Shown here in pieces: positions 1 to 11,737 of a stretch of 64,000 nucleotides of DNA. The stretch is from an uncultured delta proteobacterium (lineage in GTDB: Bacteria > Desulfobacterota > Desulfomonilia > UBA1062), in NCBI GenBank assembly GCA_963752595.1, contig CAVVYZ010000009.1, positions 300,038 through 364,037 of the forward strand, given 5' to 3'. Numbering within the stretch: position 1 is the first letter of the stretch; each line of letters opens with the position of its first letter. The position numbers and the translations under genes were made by a program. Below the pieces are notes generated by a model. That model was not told where the DNA came from and did not search any database. It worked only from the letters and a program-made list of their open reading frames with translations.

Positions 1-1232
1 TCTCCATGCTCCCTTTGCCCTGCATCGATTCGCAGGCATTGACGAACAGGTGCCAGAAGGCCTCCACCAGGTAGTTGTGGTCCGCCTCGATCTCTTCGAG
101 ATTTTCCGGCACGCTCACCTCATAGGTTACTGCGCTGAATTTCCCGGAGCCGAAGGTCTTGATGAGGGCCTCGTCGATGACCTCCTCGATGCTCGTGCTG
201 GTGAAGTTGGGCCGGTGGATCTTGGTGTAGTTCACATACTCCTCGATATCCATGATCATGGATTCCAGGCGTTTCACATCCTCGATGATATAATCCACGT
301 ATACCTTCTGCTTGGAATCAGGCCCCACGGACTTGCTCAGCCTCCGTGAAAACCCTCCGAGAGAAGTCAGGGAATTTCTGATTTCGTGGGCCACACCTTC
401 CACGACCTTGCCGAGCGATGCAAGCTTCTCTGCATTTATGATCTGTCTCCTCATCATCTCGATATCCGTGAGATCCCGTACCACCAGGACAATACCTCCC
501 GAATATTTTTCACTTTTCAAGGGAGATGCGGTCAGAAGACCTGAAAATATGCTCCCATCGGCCTTTCTGAATGCATACTCTTTCTCGGCATAGTCCATTC
601 CATGAGCAAAAGCCTGCCGGATATCTGCGAGGACATCAATGGACGGGTCCGGTATGAGCACTTCCACAGGTTTGTTCTTCATATCCTCCAGGTCCCCCCA
701 GAGTTTTGCAGCCATTGAATTCATAAACTGGATCGTGCCTCTTTTGTCGATAGTGACGACGGCTTCACCCATGGTTTCCGTTATGGTGACCAGATAATCC
801 TTGTAGGTATCGACACTGCCTTTGAGACGGATGTTCTCCAGCAGCATTTCGTGTTCCTTGATGAGCTTGCCCGCGGTGTGAACGAGATCGGGAAACGATA
901 TGGGCTTGGTGATGTAGTCATTCGCACCGGCCTTCATGGCTTTGACTGCAATATCTTCCGACCCCTGCCCGGTGATGAATACGACCAGGGCCTGAGGGTC
1001 CGCTTTCCTGATCTCCTTCAGTACATCCAGGCCATCGAGCTCCGGCATGAGATAATCGAGCAATGTGAGGTCGGGCTTCTGCTCCTGAAAGGCGGCCAGG
1101 GTCTCTTTCCCGTCAAAGGTCTGGATGACCTCGAACCCGTATTCAGACAAGGTTGTCTTTTACTACATCATTCACGCTGCGGTTGTCATCCGCAATCATG
1201 ATCTTCCATTTTTTTCTCTTCCCGTTATCCAT
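1..1232 (-). CDS. Response regulator receiver + PAS + histidine kinase hybrid (3' end outside window; 1-nt frameshift near 1160)
   Basis: Hand translation of minus strand: MDNGKRKKWKIMIADDN...(shift)...KPDLTLLDYLMPELDGLDVL...AMKAGANDYITKP (REC), MGEAVVTIDKRGTIQFMN (PAS), VAHEIRNSLTSLGGF (HisKA H-box), HLFVNACESM (N-box). Start overlaps the folK stop. Confidence 0.85.
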
Positions 1233-1719
1233 CATCTTCCGGTGTCCACATCCTCACTATCTCGTCATCCGGGAGGGCATTCTTTACTTCTATTATAGGT
1301 CTGCCCGACGGCAACGCAACATGCGGAGCGATCTCGGAGAGCGGGTATATGACGAACGGCCGCTCCTCCATCCTCGGGTGGGGAATGATAAGATCCGGGG
1401 TGGATATGCTCACCCCTTTCAGCAAGAGGATATCGATATCGATGGTCCTTGGGGCGTTGAGATAGGGCCTTTGCCTGCCGAGGCCGTCTTCGACCTTCCT
1501 GCAGGTATCGAGCAGCCACTGGGGGCTCTCTTCGCACTCGACGGCAGCCGCCAGGTTATAGTAGTTCTCCTGGGGCTCACGCACATCGTGCGGTTTTGTT
1601 TCGTAGACGCTCGATGTCTTGAAAACCCGTATCCCCGCTTTCTTCAGGTCCCTTAATGCAGACCTGATATTGTCAAGCCTGTCTCCGAGGTTCGACCCGA
1701 GACAGAGATAGCCTATCAT
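1225..1719 (-). CDS. folK: 2-amino-4-hydroxy-6-hydroxymethyldihydropteridine pyrophosphokinase
   Basis: YLCLGSNLGDR, SSVYETKP, PRTIDIDIL, PHPRMEERPFV motifs of HPPK. Confidence 0.95.
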   Translation of the reverse strand: MIGYLCLGSNLGDRLDNIRSALRDLKKAGIRVFKTSSVYETKPHDVREPQENYYNLAAAVECEESPQWLLDTCRKVEDGLGRQRPYLNAPRTIDIDILLLKGVSISTPDLIIPHPRMEERPFVIYPLSEIAPHVALPSGRPIIEVKNALPDDEIVRMWTPEDDG

Positions 1720-2463
1720 CTACATTACCTTGTTTTCCAGTATTCCGATACCTTGTATTTCTATTGCGATCTCGTCACCGATATTCATGGGCCCGATGCC
1801 GGAAGGGGTACCGGTAGCGATCACATCGCCCGGGTTAAGCGTCATGACACTCGAGATGAATTCGATCAGATCGAAGACATTGAATATGAGGTTGGCAGTG
1901 TTTGACGACTGTTTGAGCTCTCCGTTGAGATATGCGCGTATGGTCAAACTGAGGGGATCTTCCAGATCGGTTACGATCCACGGACCTATGGGTGCAAAGG
2001 TATCGAAGGATTTGGACCTGGTCCACTGCCCGTCCTTTTCCTGAAGGTCCCGCGCCGTGACATCGTTGAAGCAGGTGTAGCCGAGGATGTACTCGCGGGC
2101 ATGTGCTGCCTTCACATCCTTGCATCCTCTGCCGATCACCACGGCGAGCTCGGCCTCATAATCCACCCGGGAAGATTGCGCCGGATAGCGGATCGCATCG
2201 AGATGCCCTATCACGCTCGTCGATGGCTTCATGAACAGAATAGGCTCCTTCGGGAGCTCAATACCCATCTCCTGGGCATGGTCCCGGTAATTCAGGCCGA
2301 CGGCCACGATCTTGCCCGGGACCACGGGAGGCAGCATGCGTGTGATCGTAACCCGCTCACCGGTGTGAAGCGTTTCCGGATCGTATGCCCTGTAATCTCC
2401 TTCGCCCTCGGAGGAAACCGTCACGATCCCTCCTCCGTTAATTTCAGCCCTTCCGATCTTCAT
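1720..2463 (-). CDS. Fumarylacetoacetate hydrolase family protein
   Basis: GKIVAVGLNYRDH, VDYEAELAVVIG, NDVTARDLQ, KSFDTFAPIGP, GDVIATGTPSG. Confidence 0.92.
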   Translation of the reverse strand: MKIGRAEINGGGIVTVSSEGEGDYRAYDPETLHTGERVTITRMLPPVVPGKIVAVGLNYRDHAQEMGIELPKEPILFMKPSTSVIGHLDAIRYPAQSSRVDYEAELAVVIGRGCKDVKAAHAREYILGYTCFNDVTARDLQEKDGQWTRSKSFDTFAPIGPWIVTDLEDPLSLTIRAYLNGELKQSSNTANLIFNVFDLIEFISSVMTLNPGDVIATGTPSGIGPMNIGDEIAIEIQGIGILENKVM

Positions 2464-2466
2464 ATC

Positions 2467-3267
2467 TTATAGTCCCAGCACATCTATCATGGAGTACATT
2501 CCCGGCGCCTTGTCATGCACCCACCTAGCGGCGCGCACCGCACCGCTGGCAAAATTCTGTCTCGTGTGCGCCCGGTGGGTGATCTCGATGCGCTCGCTGT
2601 TGCCTGCGAACAGAACCGTGTGGTCCCCGATAATGTCCCCTGCCCGGAGCGTCTGGATGCCGATCTGGCCGTCCGGCCTCCGGCCTATGATACCATGGCG
2701 CTCGTAGCAGGCGTGGTCGGCAAGGTCCACCCCTTTTGCCTCGGCGACAGCACGGGCCAGGCCCAGTGCCGTTCCCGACGGTGCATCTTTCTTGAGCCGG
2801 TGGTGCGCCTCGACGATCTCCACATCATATGCATCGCCCAGCATCTTTGCCAGGATGGCGGTCACCTTGAACATCACGTTGACGCCGATGCTCATGTTCG
2901 GAGACACGACCATGGGAATGCTTTTCGCATACGACCGAAGCTGCGACGACTGCTCATCGGAGAGCCCAGTGGTCCCGATTACGAGGGCTTTGTTCGCTCT
3001 CGCCGCGTAATGCGCAAGCTTCATGGTCACCTCGGGATGGGAGAAATCGATGATCACCCCGGCAGGCTTGAAGGCGTGCTCCATATCGTCCGATATCTTG
3101 ATGTCGAGAGAGCCTGCACCGATGATCAGTCCGGCATCGGCCCCGATACACTTGTGCCCCGGCGCTTCAAGCGCGCCGGCGAGCTTAAAGTCTTCTTCCT
3201 CGGTAACCAGGAGCCCTATGAAAGAGCCCATCTTTCCCGCTATGCCTGTTACACCAGTCTCAATCAC
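2467..3267 (-). CDS. dapB: 4-hydroxy-tetrahydrodipicolinate reductase
   Basis: GIAGKMG, VIGTTG, EIVEAHHRLKKDAPSGTA, HRAHTRQNFASGA. Confidence 0.97.
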   Translation of the reverse strand: MIETGVTGIAGKMGSFIGLLVTEEEDFKLAGALEAPGHKCIGADAGLIIGAGSLDIKISDDMEHAFKPAGVIIDFSHPEVTMKLAHYAARANKALVIGTTGLSDEQSSQLRSYAKSIPMVVSPNMSIGVNVMFKVTAILAKMLGDAYDVEIVEAHHRLKKDAPSGTALGLARAVAEAKGVDLADHACYERHGIIGRRPDGQIGIQTLRAGDIIGDHTVLFAGNSERIEITHRAHTRQNFASGAVRAARWVHDKAPGMYSMIDVLGL

Positions 3268-3284
3268 CTATTTATCCTCCGGTT

Positions 3285-4172
3285 CTATATCAAGACTTTA
3301 TCTATGCATCCGTATTTTTCAAGGATCGCAGCGAGCTTTTTCCGGTTCGCAGGCTCCATGGGGCACAACGGCAGCTTGAACTCCTCCCGGACCTTACCCA
3401 TCATGGCGAGTGCGGTCTTCACCGGTATGGGGTTGGTCTCGATGAACAGAGCACTGTTGATCTCGAGGAGCTCGAAATGGAGCTTTCTCGCCTGTGCAAG
3501 ATCGCCGGCATGCCAGGCATTGATCATGCCCGAGAGCTTGTCGGGCATGATGTTCGCCGTTACCGAGATGGCGCCCGTACCTCCTACGCACAGAATCGGC
3601 AGGTTCAGGGCATCCTCTCCGGAGAGCACACAGAAATCGTCCCGGGTATCCCTTGCAATCTGCGAGCACTTCACGAGATCGCCGCTCGCCTCCTTGATGC
3701 CGACGATGACGTCGATCTTCGAAAGCGCTATGGCCGTCTCGGTGCTCATGTTCACGCCGGTCCTGCCGGGTACATTGTAGAGGATCTGCGGGATATCGCA
3801 GGCCGCTGCAACCGCGGCATAGTGATCGTACAGACCCTTCTGGGTGGGCTTGTTATAGTACGGCGTAATGAGCAGGGCTGCATCCGCGCCTGCCTGCTTG
3901 GCATGCTTCGTGAGCCTTATAGCCTCTGCCGTCGAGTTTGAGCCGGTTCCGGCTATCACCGGGACCCGTTTCGCTGCCTCTTCCACACAGATATCCATTA
4001 CCCGCTCGTGCTCTTCATGGGTCAGGGTCGCAGATTCCCCGGTCGTCCCGCAGGGAACGATCCCTGAAACCCCGGCACCGATCTGGAAATTGATCAGGTC
4101 CCTGAAGGCCTTTTCATCTATCTTTCCGTCCTTGAACGGAGTTACGATTGCTACGATCGCACCAGAAAACAT
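3285..4172 (-). CDS. dapA: 4-hydroxy-tetrahydrodipicolinate synthase
   Basis: CGTTGES, PYYNKP, LYNVPGRT, IKEASG, ETNPIPVK. Confidence 0.97.
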   Translation of the reverse strand: MFSGAIVAIVTPFKDGKIDEKAFRDLINFQIGAGVSGIVPCGTTGESATLTHEEHERVMDICVEEAAKRVPVIAGTGSNSTAEAIRLTKHAKQAGADAALLITPYYNKPTQKGLYDHYAAVAAACDIPQILYNVPGRTGVNMSTETAIALSKIDVIVGIKEASGDLVKCSQIARDTRDDFCVLSGEDALNLPILCVGGTGAISVTANIMPDKLSGMINAWHAGDLAQARKLHFELLEINSALFIETNPIPVKTALAMMGKVREEFKLPLCPMEPANRKKLAAILEKYGCIDKVLI

Positions 4173-4175
4173 TGC

Positions 4176-5444
4176 TTACCCCCGTATATCTCGAACTGCT
4201 CCGGGGACAACCTCCCCGGACACCAGGTCTTCATATGCTTGTCTTTTCAATACCACATAATACTTCGCCCCATCCACCAAAACCTCGGGCGGTTTCGTCC
4301 GCGAGTTGTAGTTGGACGACATGGTGAATCCGTAAGCGCCTGCGCTCATCACAGCGATCATATCGCCCCGGGTGAGAATGGGCAGCTCACGGTTCTTGGC
4401 CAGGAAATCGCCGGACTCGCAGATGGGACCGACCACGTCCACGGTTTCCCGTTCTTCTGATTTTTCCTGAATCGGCTTGATATCATGATATGCCCCATAG
4501 AGAGACGGCCTGAGGAGGTCGTTCATCCCGGCATCCACCACGATGAAGGTCTTGCTTTTTGTCTGCTTGCGGTAGAGCACGCTCGCCACCATGATGCCGG
4601 CATTGCCCACGATCACCCTCCCCGGTTCGAAAATGACCTTTAAGCCCAGGGGGCCTACGGCCCCGAGGATAGCCCGGCAATAGTCTCTCGGGTGAGGCGG
4701 CTCCTCGTCCGAGTAGGTGATGCCCAGCCCTCCGCCGAGATCGAGATACTTGAGTGAAACCCCGTGGCTCTTCAGCTCTCCGATGAGCATCTTGAGCCGC
4801 TCCACTGCATCGATAAACGGGCTTAAGTCGGTCAGCTGGCTCCCGATGTGGCAGTCTATGCCCACAATCTCGATGTGCTCCATGTCTTTTGCCTTGAGGT
4901 ACTGCGCCAATGACCCTTCGACATCGATCCCGAACTTGTTTTCCTTCATGCCCGTGGATATGTACGGATGGGTCATGGGGTTCACGTCCGGGTTCACCCG
5001 TATGGATATGGGCGCCTTTCTGCTCAAGAGCCCGGCGCGCTCATTGATAACCTCGAGCTCCTGCTCGCTCTCGATGTTGAACATCATGATCCCGGCCTCA
5101 ATGGCCATGTCGATCTCATCCGTTGTCTTGCCCACCCCGGAATAAACGATCTTGCTTCCGGGAATCCCTGCTCTAAGCGCCCGGTAGAGCTCGCCGCCGG
5201 AAACCACGTCTGCACCAAGACCCAGCCGTGCCATGCAACTCAGGATAGCGAGGTTCGAATTGGCCTTCATGGCAAAACACGTCTGGTGATCTACCCCGGC
5301 CAGCGGCTCTTCGAAAGCGCGGATATGCCTGTAGAGCGTAGGCAAGCTGTAGCAGTAAAAAGGCGTGCCCACTTCCTTTGCGATCTCCTCCAGAGCCACG
5401 TCCCCGCAATACAGTTTCCCCTGCCGGTAATCGAAATCGTGCAT
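4176..5444 (-). CDS. lysA: Diaminopimelate decarboxylase
   Basis: FAMKANS (PLP Lys), HIGSQ, DLGGG, EPGR, GPICESGD, GAYGFTMSSNYN. Confidence 0.97.
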   Translation of the reverse strand: MHDFDYRQGKLYCGDVALEEIAKEVGTPFYCYSLPTLYRHIRAFEEPLAGVDHQTCFAMKANSNLAILSCMARLGLGADVVSGGELYRALRAGIPGSKIVYSGVGKTTDEIDMAIEAGIMMFNIESEQELEVINERAGLLSRKAPISIRVNPDVNPMTHPYISTGMKENKFGIDVEGSLAQYLKAKDMEHIEIVGIDCHIGSQLTDLSPFIDAVERLKMLIGELKSHGVSLKYLDLGGGLGITYSDEEPPHPRDYCRAILGAVGPLGLKVIFEPGRVIVGNAGIMVASVLYRKQTKSKTFIVVDAGMNDLLRPSLYGAYHDIKPIQEKSEERETVDVVGPICESGDFLAKNRELPILTRGDMIAVMSAGAYGFTMSSNYNSRTKPPEVLVDGAKYYVVLKRQAYEDLVSGEVVPGAVRDIRG

Positions 5445-5548
5445 ATCCTTTTCTCCTCGCGTGTTACGTGTAATCCACTAAATATAATGCATGAGCTCCC
5501 GGGATCTCCGTGCTCTTTGGCTTGTAATCCATGCATCTTACCTTTGAA

Positions 5549-5941
5549 TTATTGTTTCCTCACGACCCGTGCGCCGGTCATGAATGAGATCGTTCCCTTT
5601 TCGAAAACGAGACGGTAGACCATGTAATCCGACTCGGGCTTCGGGTCTTTCAGGACAATGGTGCCCTTTTGTTCTGCCACCTTCTCATCCCTTTTTGTCA
5701 GGTCATCCGTACAGGAAGGGCATAAGCCTTTTGGCTTTCCGAGGAGAGTTATTTTTCCCCCTGCGATACTGCTTCCGGCACGGGCCTCTACGGATCCGTC
5801 ATCCATGAAATCTATTGCCGAAATCTCTACGGGATCACCCTGCCCGGGCGGCAATGGGGGCAGCTTCCGGCCGCAGCCTGAACCGAGGGCCAGTGTCAGC
5901 CCGAGCAGACAGACGGTCACTGCCCTGCAGCTATTCCTCAA
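5549..5941 (-). CDS. Lipoprotein, LptM/LppL(YifL)-like N-terminus
   Basis: Signal peptide with lipobox GSG-C followed by GRKLPPLPP, resembling the CGxKGPLxxP motif; position directly upstream of lysA. Confidence 0.6.
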   Translation of the reverse strand: MRNSCRAVTVCLLGLTLALGSGCGRKLPPLPPGQGDPVEISAIDFMDDGSVEARAGSSIAGGKITLLGKPKGLCPSCTDDLTKRDEKVAEQKGTIVLKDPKPESDYMVYRLVFEKGTISFMTGARVVRKQ

Positions 5942-7314
5942 GGCCTTCTATCCTCGCCTTGGCATCTTCGATCATGTTCCTGACATTATCCCTGGCCGTT
6001 CCTCCGAAGCTCATGCGCCTGTCAACCGAGTTCTGGGGCTTGACGGCCTCCAGGATGTCGGAATCGAAGGTTTGCGAAAAGCTCCTGAATTCATCCAGGT
6101 TCAGACTTTCCAGCGTCTTCCCCTGTGCGCTGAGCTCGGAGACGATCCGCCGGTTATCCTGTGCGCCTCCCGGAAGGGAATGCCTTTGCCCACCAGGTAG
6201 TCGGCCACGTCGGTCGCCGTGATATAGCCCTCGCTCAAGGAGCGCTTCAATGCATCCCTGTTCATCTCCATGCCGCTTAACAGCCCGGTCATCACCTCGA
6301 TGCACATCGCGACCGTGTCGAGACTCTCCATCACGGCCTTCTTGTCTTCCTGCATGTCCCTGTTGTATGCGAGCGGCAGGCCCTTCATCATGGTGAGCAG
6401 GGCCACGAGGCTGCCGTACACGCCTCCCACCTTGCCGCGCACGAGCTCGGCAACGTCCGGGTTCTTCTTCTGGGGCATGATAGAGCTTCCCGTGCAGAAT
6501 GCATCGGGGAGTTCGACGAACGAGTACGGCTTCGAGTTCCAGATGATGATCTCCTCGGCGAGCCTGCTCAGGTGCATCATGATGAGTGAGGCGCCGAACA
6601 CGGCCTCGCATGCGAAGTCCCGGTCGCTCACGCCGTCGATGGAATTCCGGCACGGCTCTTCGAACTGCAATTCCGCTGCGGTCATGAAGCGGTCGATGGC
6701 ATGCGGGGTGCCTGCAAAAGCGGCAGAACCCAAAGGAGATATGTTGAGCCTTCTCCCGGCATCCTTCATGCGGTCGTAGTCACGCAGGAACATCTCGAAA
6801 TATGCGAGCAGGTGGTGGCCGAAAGAGACGGGCTGGGCATGCTGGAGGTGCGTCATGCCCGGGATGATGGTATCCACGTTCGCGGACGCCTTTTCCACCA
6901 GACAGGCCAGGAGTTCTTTCAGGAGACGCCTGACCTCTCCCAGATATTCCCGGACAAAAAGCCGGAAATCCGTCGCGACCTGGTCGTTGCGGCTCCGGGC
7001 CGTATGGAGCTTCTTCCCTGCCTCGCCGATCCTTTTCGTGAGCTCCACCTCGATGTTCATGTGCACGTCTTCGAGCTCGGGGTCAAAGGCAAAGGTGCCC
7101 TCTTCGATATCCTTCATGATGCCCTGGAGTCCTGAGACAACGGCATCCGCCTCGCTTTCGCTCAAGAGGCCCGCTGTCATGAGCATCTTCGCATGGGCGA
7201 TGCTGCCCTCGATATCCTGGGCATAGAGCGCCGCGTCGACGCTCACCGACTCGGTGAATTCCTCAACCAGGCTGTCGGTCTCCTGGCTGAACCTTCCTGA
7301 CCACGGCTTGTCCT

Positions 7315-7318
<4 letters not shown>
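5931..7318 (-). CDS. argH: Argininosuccinate lyase (frameshift near 6150)
   Basis: [38 protein letters not shown]; C-terminus continues in ORF 5931..6653 ([10 protein letters not shown]). Confidence 0.95.
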
Positions 7319-8520
<1,202 letters not shown>

Positions 8521-8528
8521 GATTCTCT

Positions 8529-9444
8529 TCACCCCTTCCTGCTGTGTCGTAGTAAAAAATCCATGATCGCTTCCTGGATGTACAGCCTGTTCTGCGCCTG
8601 TTCCCAGACAACGGACTGATCTCCCTCCAGAACCGCCTCGCTCACCTCTTCACCCCGGTGGGCCGGCAGGCAGTGCATGAACACTGCTCCTTTCGCCGCG
8701 CCGGCCATGAGGGTTCCATCGACTTCAAAACCTTTGAACGCCCGCTGCCGGAACTCGGCCTCGTCCTCCTGTCCCATGCTCGCCCATACATCCGTATTGA
8801 CGGCAACTGCGCCGGAGGCCGCTTCCACGGGGTCTCTCAACAGGCGACACCTTTGCACCCCGGCTCACCGCTGCATCGAGGACGCCCGGGTTCGGGTCAT
8901 ACCCTTCCGGACATGCCAGGTCGAGCTCGAAGTCGAGCAGAGCTGCGGCTTCTATCCACGAGTTCGCCATGTTGTTCCCGTCCCCGATCCAGGCTACTTT
9001 TTTGCCTTTCAGCGTGCCGAAGATATTTTCCAGGGTAAAGCAGTCGGCAAGCACCTGGCAGGGATGCTGGAGGTCGGTGAGCGCGTTGATCACCGGCACG
9101 TCGGCCCACTGGGCCATTTCCTGTACGCGGTCGTGGCCGAAGGTCCGCATGACGATGCAGTCGCAGTAGCCTGAAAGGACGCGCGCCGTATCCCGAAGCG
9201 GCTCGCCCCGGGACATCTGCGATCCGGCGGGCGTGAGCACGATGGGATGCCCTCCCAGACGCGCCACCCCCACCTCGAAGGAGATACGTGTCCTGGTGGA
9301 AGCCTTCTCGAAGAGAAGCACCACGGACTTGCCCCTCAAGCTTGCAGGCGGGGTGCCCTCCTTATACGTGCGGGCATTGGAGAATATCTCCCGTGCCTCG
9401 GCATTTGTGAGGTCGATAATCGTAAGGAAATCCCTGTGTGCCAT
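8529..9444 (-). CDS. argF: Ornithine carbamoyltransferase (frameshifts near 8860)
   Basis: [34 protein letters not shown]. Confidence 0.95.
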
Positions 9445-10616
9445 TATAGACCTTTCTCCTTCAAGAGTTCATGAATGATTGCAACGGCCTCGTCGCATTC
9501 ATCCCTGCGAGATGACGAGAGGCGGAACGAGCCTGAGGATATTCGTCTGGATCACGTTGAGCAGGATCCCCTTTTTCAGGCCGCCTACGGGCAGCGAGCT
9601 GATGTCTGCATCGAATTCCACGCCGATCATGAGTCCCCGGGCCCTGATATCCCTGATGCTCGGGTGCAGGAGCCTGAGGCCTTCTATCTTGTCTGCAAGG
9701 TACCTGCCCGTCTCCCTGCTCTTTTGCGCGATCTCTTCTTCGACCATGACGGAAAACGTTGCGAGCGATGCGGCCATGGCAAGCGGGTTGCCGCCGAAGG
9801 TCGAGGCGTGGGAACCCGGAACGAACGCCTCGGCGATTTCGGGCCGCGCTACGACTGCGCCCACGGGAAAGCCGTTCCCCAGGGCCTTTGCAAGGGTCAT
9901 GATGTCCGGCACCACGTCTTCGAGCATGTACCCGAATAGCTCGCCCGTCCTGGCCATGCCGGTCTGCACCTCATCGAACACCAGGAGAAGCCCCTGGCTG
10001 TCACAGAGTTCCCTCACTCTCTCCAGATAACCGGGTGGAGGGATCCTCACCCCGCCCTCGCCCTGGATGGGCTCCATCATGATCGCGCCGATCGAATCGT
10101 CTATGGCGGATTTCAATGCCTCGAAGTCCCCGAACGGCACGGTGAGAAATCCTTCGGGCAGAGGTTCGAAGCCTTTCTTGACCTTGTCCTGGCCCGTGGC
10201 GGTGAGCGTTGCCAGGGTCCTTCCGTGGAAAGATCCGTTTAAGGTTATGATCCTCGGGCCTCTGCGGGAGATCGTGTTGCAGTACTTCCTCACCAGCTTG
10301 ATCGCACCCTCGTTCGCCTCGGCTCCCGAGTTGCAGAAGAACGCTCTCGATTCGAAGCTGTTCTCCGCTATCATCCGGGCGAGCGTTTCCTGCTTGGGGA
10401 TGCGGTATATGTTGGAGCAGTGGAACAACTCGAGGGCCTGCTTACGGAGGGCCTCGACCACCACAGGGTGCGTATGCCCGAGGTTGCACACGGCAATCCC
10501 GGCAACCATGTCGAGATACTCGTTTTCGGAATCATCCCAGAGCCTGCAGCCGTGACCGCGCTCCAGCGCTACGGGCAGCCGGGAATAGGTATCCATTACG
10601 TGTCCCACGTCTTCAT
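9444..10616 (-). CDS. argD: Acetylornithine aminotransferase (frameshifts at both ends)
   Basis: NSGAEANE, FHGRT, EPIQGEGG, DEVQTG, TLAKALG, HASTFGGNP; between argB and argF. Confidence 0.93.
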
Positions 10617-11497
10617 TACTCCTTTACGATCTGTGTGCCGATGCCGGAATCGGTGAAGAGTTCCAGGAGGATCGAGTAGGGGATGCGGCCGTCAATGATA
10701 TGCGCCTTGTTTACCCCCCCTTCGAGCGCCCTCATGCAGCACTCCATTTTCGGGATCATGCCGCCGGTCACCACGCCGGTGGATATGAGCTTGTTGATCT
10801 GAGAATACTTCATGCTCGAGACGAGCTTGCCGTCTTTATCCAGAACTCCCTGCTCGTCGGTCAGGATGATGAGCTTTTCGACCTTCATGTGCCTGGCGAT
10901 TTCTGCGGCAACGGTATCCGCATTGATGTTGTACGTCAGACCGTCATCGCCGACGCCCGAAGGGGCGATGACCGCAACGAACCCTGCCTTTTCCACGGCG
11001 TCGATGATCTCGGTATTGACGCCGGTGACCTCTCCCACATGGCCCATATCCACGGCCTCGACCTTGCCTTCCTTATCTTTCCTGGAATGAAAGAGCTTCC
11101 GTGCCCTGATGAGCCCGCCGTCTTTGCCCGAAAGGCCTACGGCCTTGCCGCCGTCTTTATTGATGAGCTGGACGATCTCCTTGTTGATGCCGCCCGCGAG
11201 CACCATCTCCACCACGTCCATGGTCGCCGAATCGGTGACGCGCTTGCCGTCGATGAAGCTCGACTCGATGCCGAGCTTGTCGAGCATGGTGTTGATCTGG
11301 GGCCCGCCGCCGTGCACCACGATCACCTGGATGCCGACATAGTGGAACAGGACGATCTGCTTGGCGAATATTTCTTTCAGTTCGGGGTTTACCATGGCAT
11401 GACCGCCGTACTTGACGACGATCCTCCTGCCTCTGAAATCTTTGATGTAGGGAAGCGCCTCGACGAGGATCTTTGCCCTGTTTATTGCTTGTTCCAT
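10616..11497 (-). CDS. argB: Acetylglutamate kinase
   Basis: VVKYGGHAM, VHGGGP, YNINADT, GGMIPK, HIIDGR. Confidence 0.97.
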   Translation of the reverse strand: MEQAINRAKILVEALPYIKDFRGRRIVVKYGGHAMVNPELKEIFAKQIVLFHYVGIQVIVVHGGGPQINTMLDKLGIESSFIDGKRVTDSATMDVVEMVLAGGINKEIVQLINKDGGKAVGLSGKDGGLIRARKLFHSRKDKEGKVEAVDMGHVGEVTGVNTEIIDAVEKAGFVAVIAPSGVGDDGLTYNINADTVAAEIARHMKVEKLIILTDEQGVLDKDGKLVSSMKYSQINKLISTGVVTGGMIPKMECCMRALEGGVNKAHIIDGRIPYSILLELFTDSGIGTQIVKE

Positions 11498-11651
11498 GGC
11501 ATTTCCTTATCAGTTCTTAGAAAAATTTCCCCTTTCTTAACACCGCGCTCATAATTATTCCAGCATATTTGCGAAAAATGAGAAAGTGGACTTTTTACCG
11601 GATACAGAAGAAAAATGAAAGGATAAACTTGTTTCGGACCGTGAGACATGA

Positions 11652-11690
11652 GTCCCCTCTCCCGCCTGCGGGAGAAGGGACAGGGAGAGG
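11652..11690. repeat. Short palindromic intergenic element (CCCCTCTCCCGCCTGCGGGAGAAGGG type)
   Basis: GTCCCCTCTCCCGC-CT-GCGGGAGAAGGGAC hairpin followed by AGGGAGAGG; a degenerate relative lies at about 51034-51088. Confidence 0.5.
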
Positions 11691-11737
11691 ATATACCGGT
11701 AGAAAGCAAGATCCGGGTGCCCCCTCCCCTTTACAGC

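Noticed and set aside
2515-3780. Long antisense ORFs (e.g. 421 aa here, 416 aa at 26716, 356 aa at 35397)
   Set aside because: They are shadows of GC3-rich real genes on the opposite strand and have no motifs or RBS.
11545-11565. ArgR box upstream of argB (GGAATAATTATGAG on the minus strand)
   Set aside because: A single weak match in AT-rich DNA with no tandem partner.
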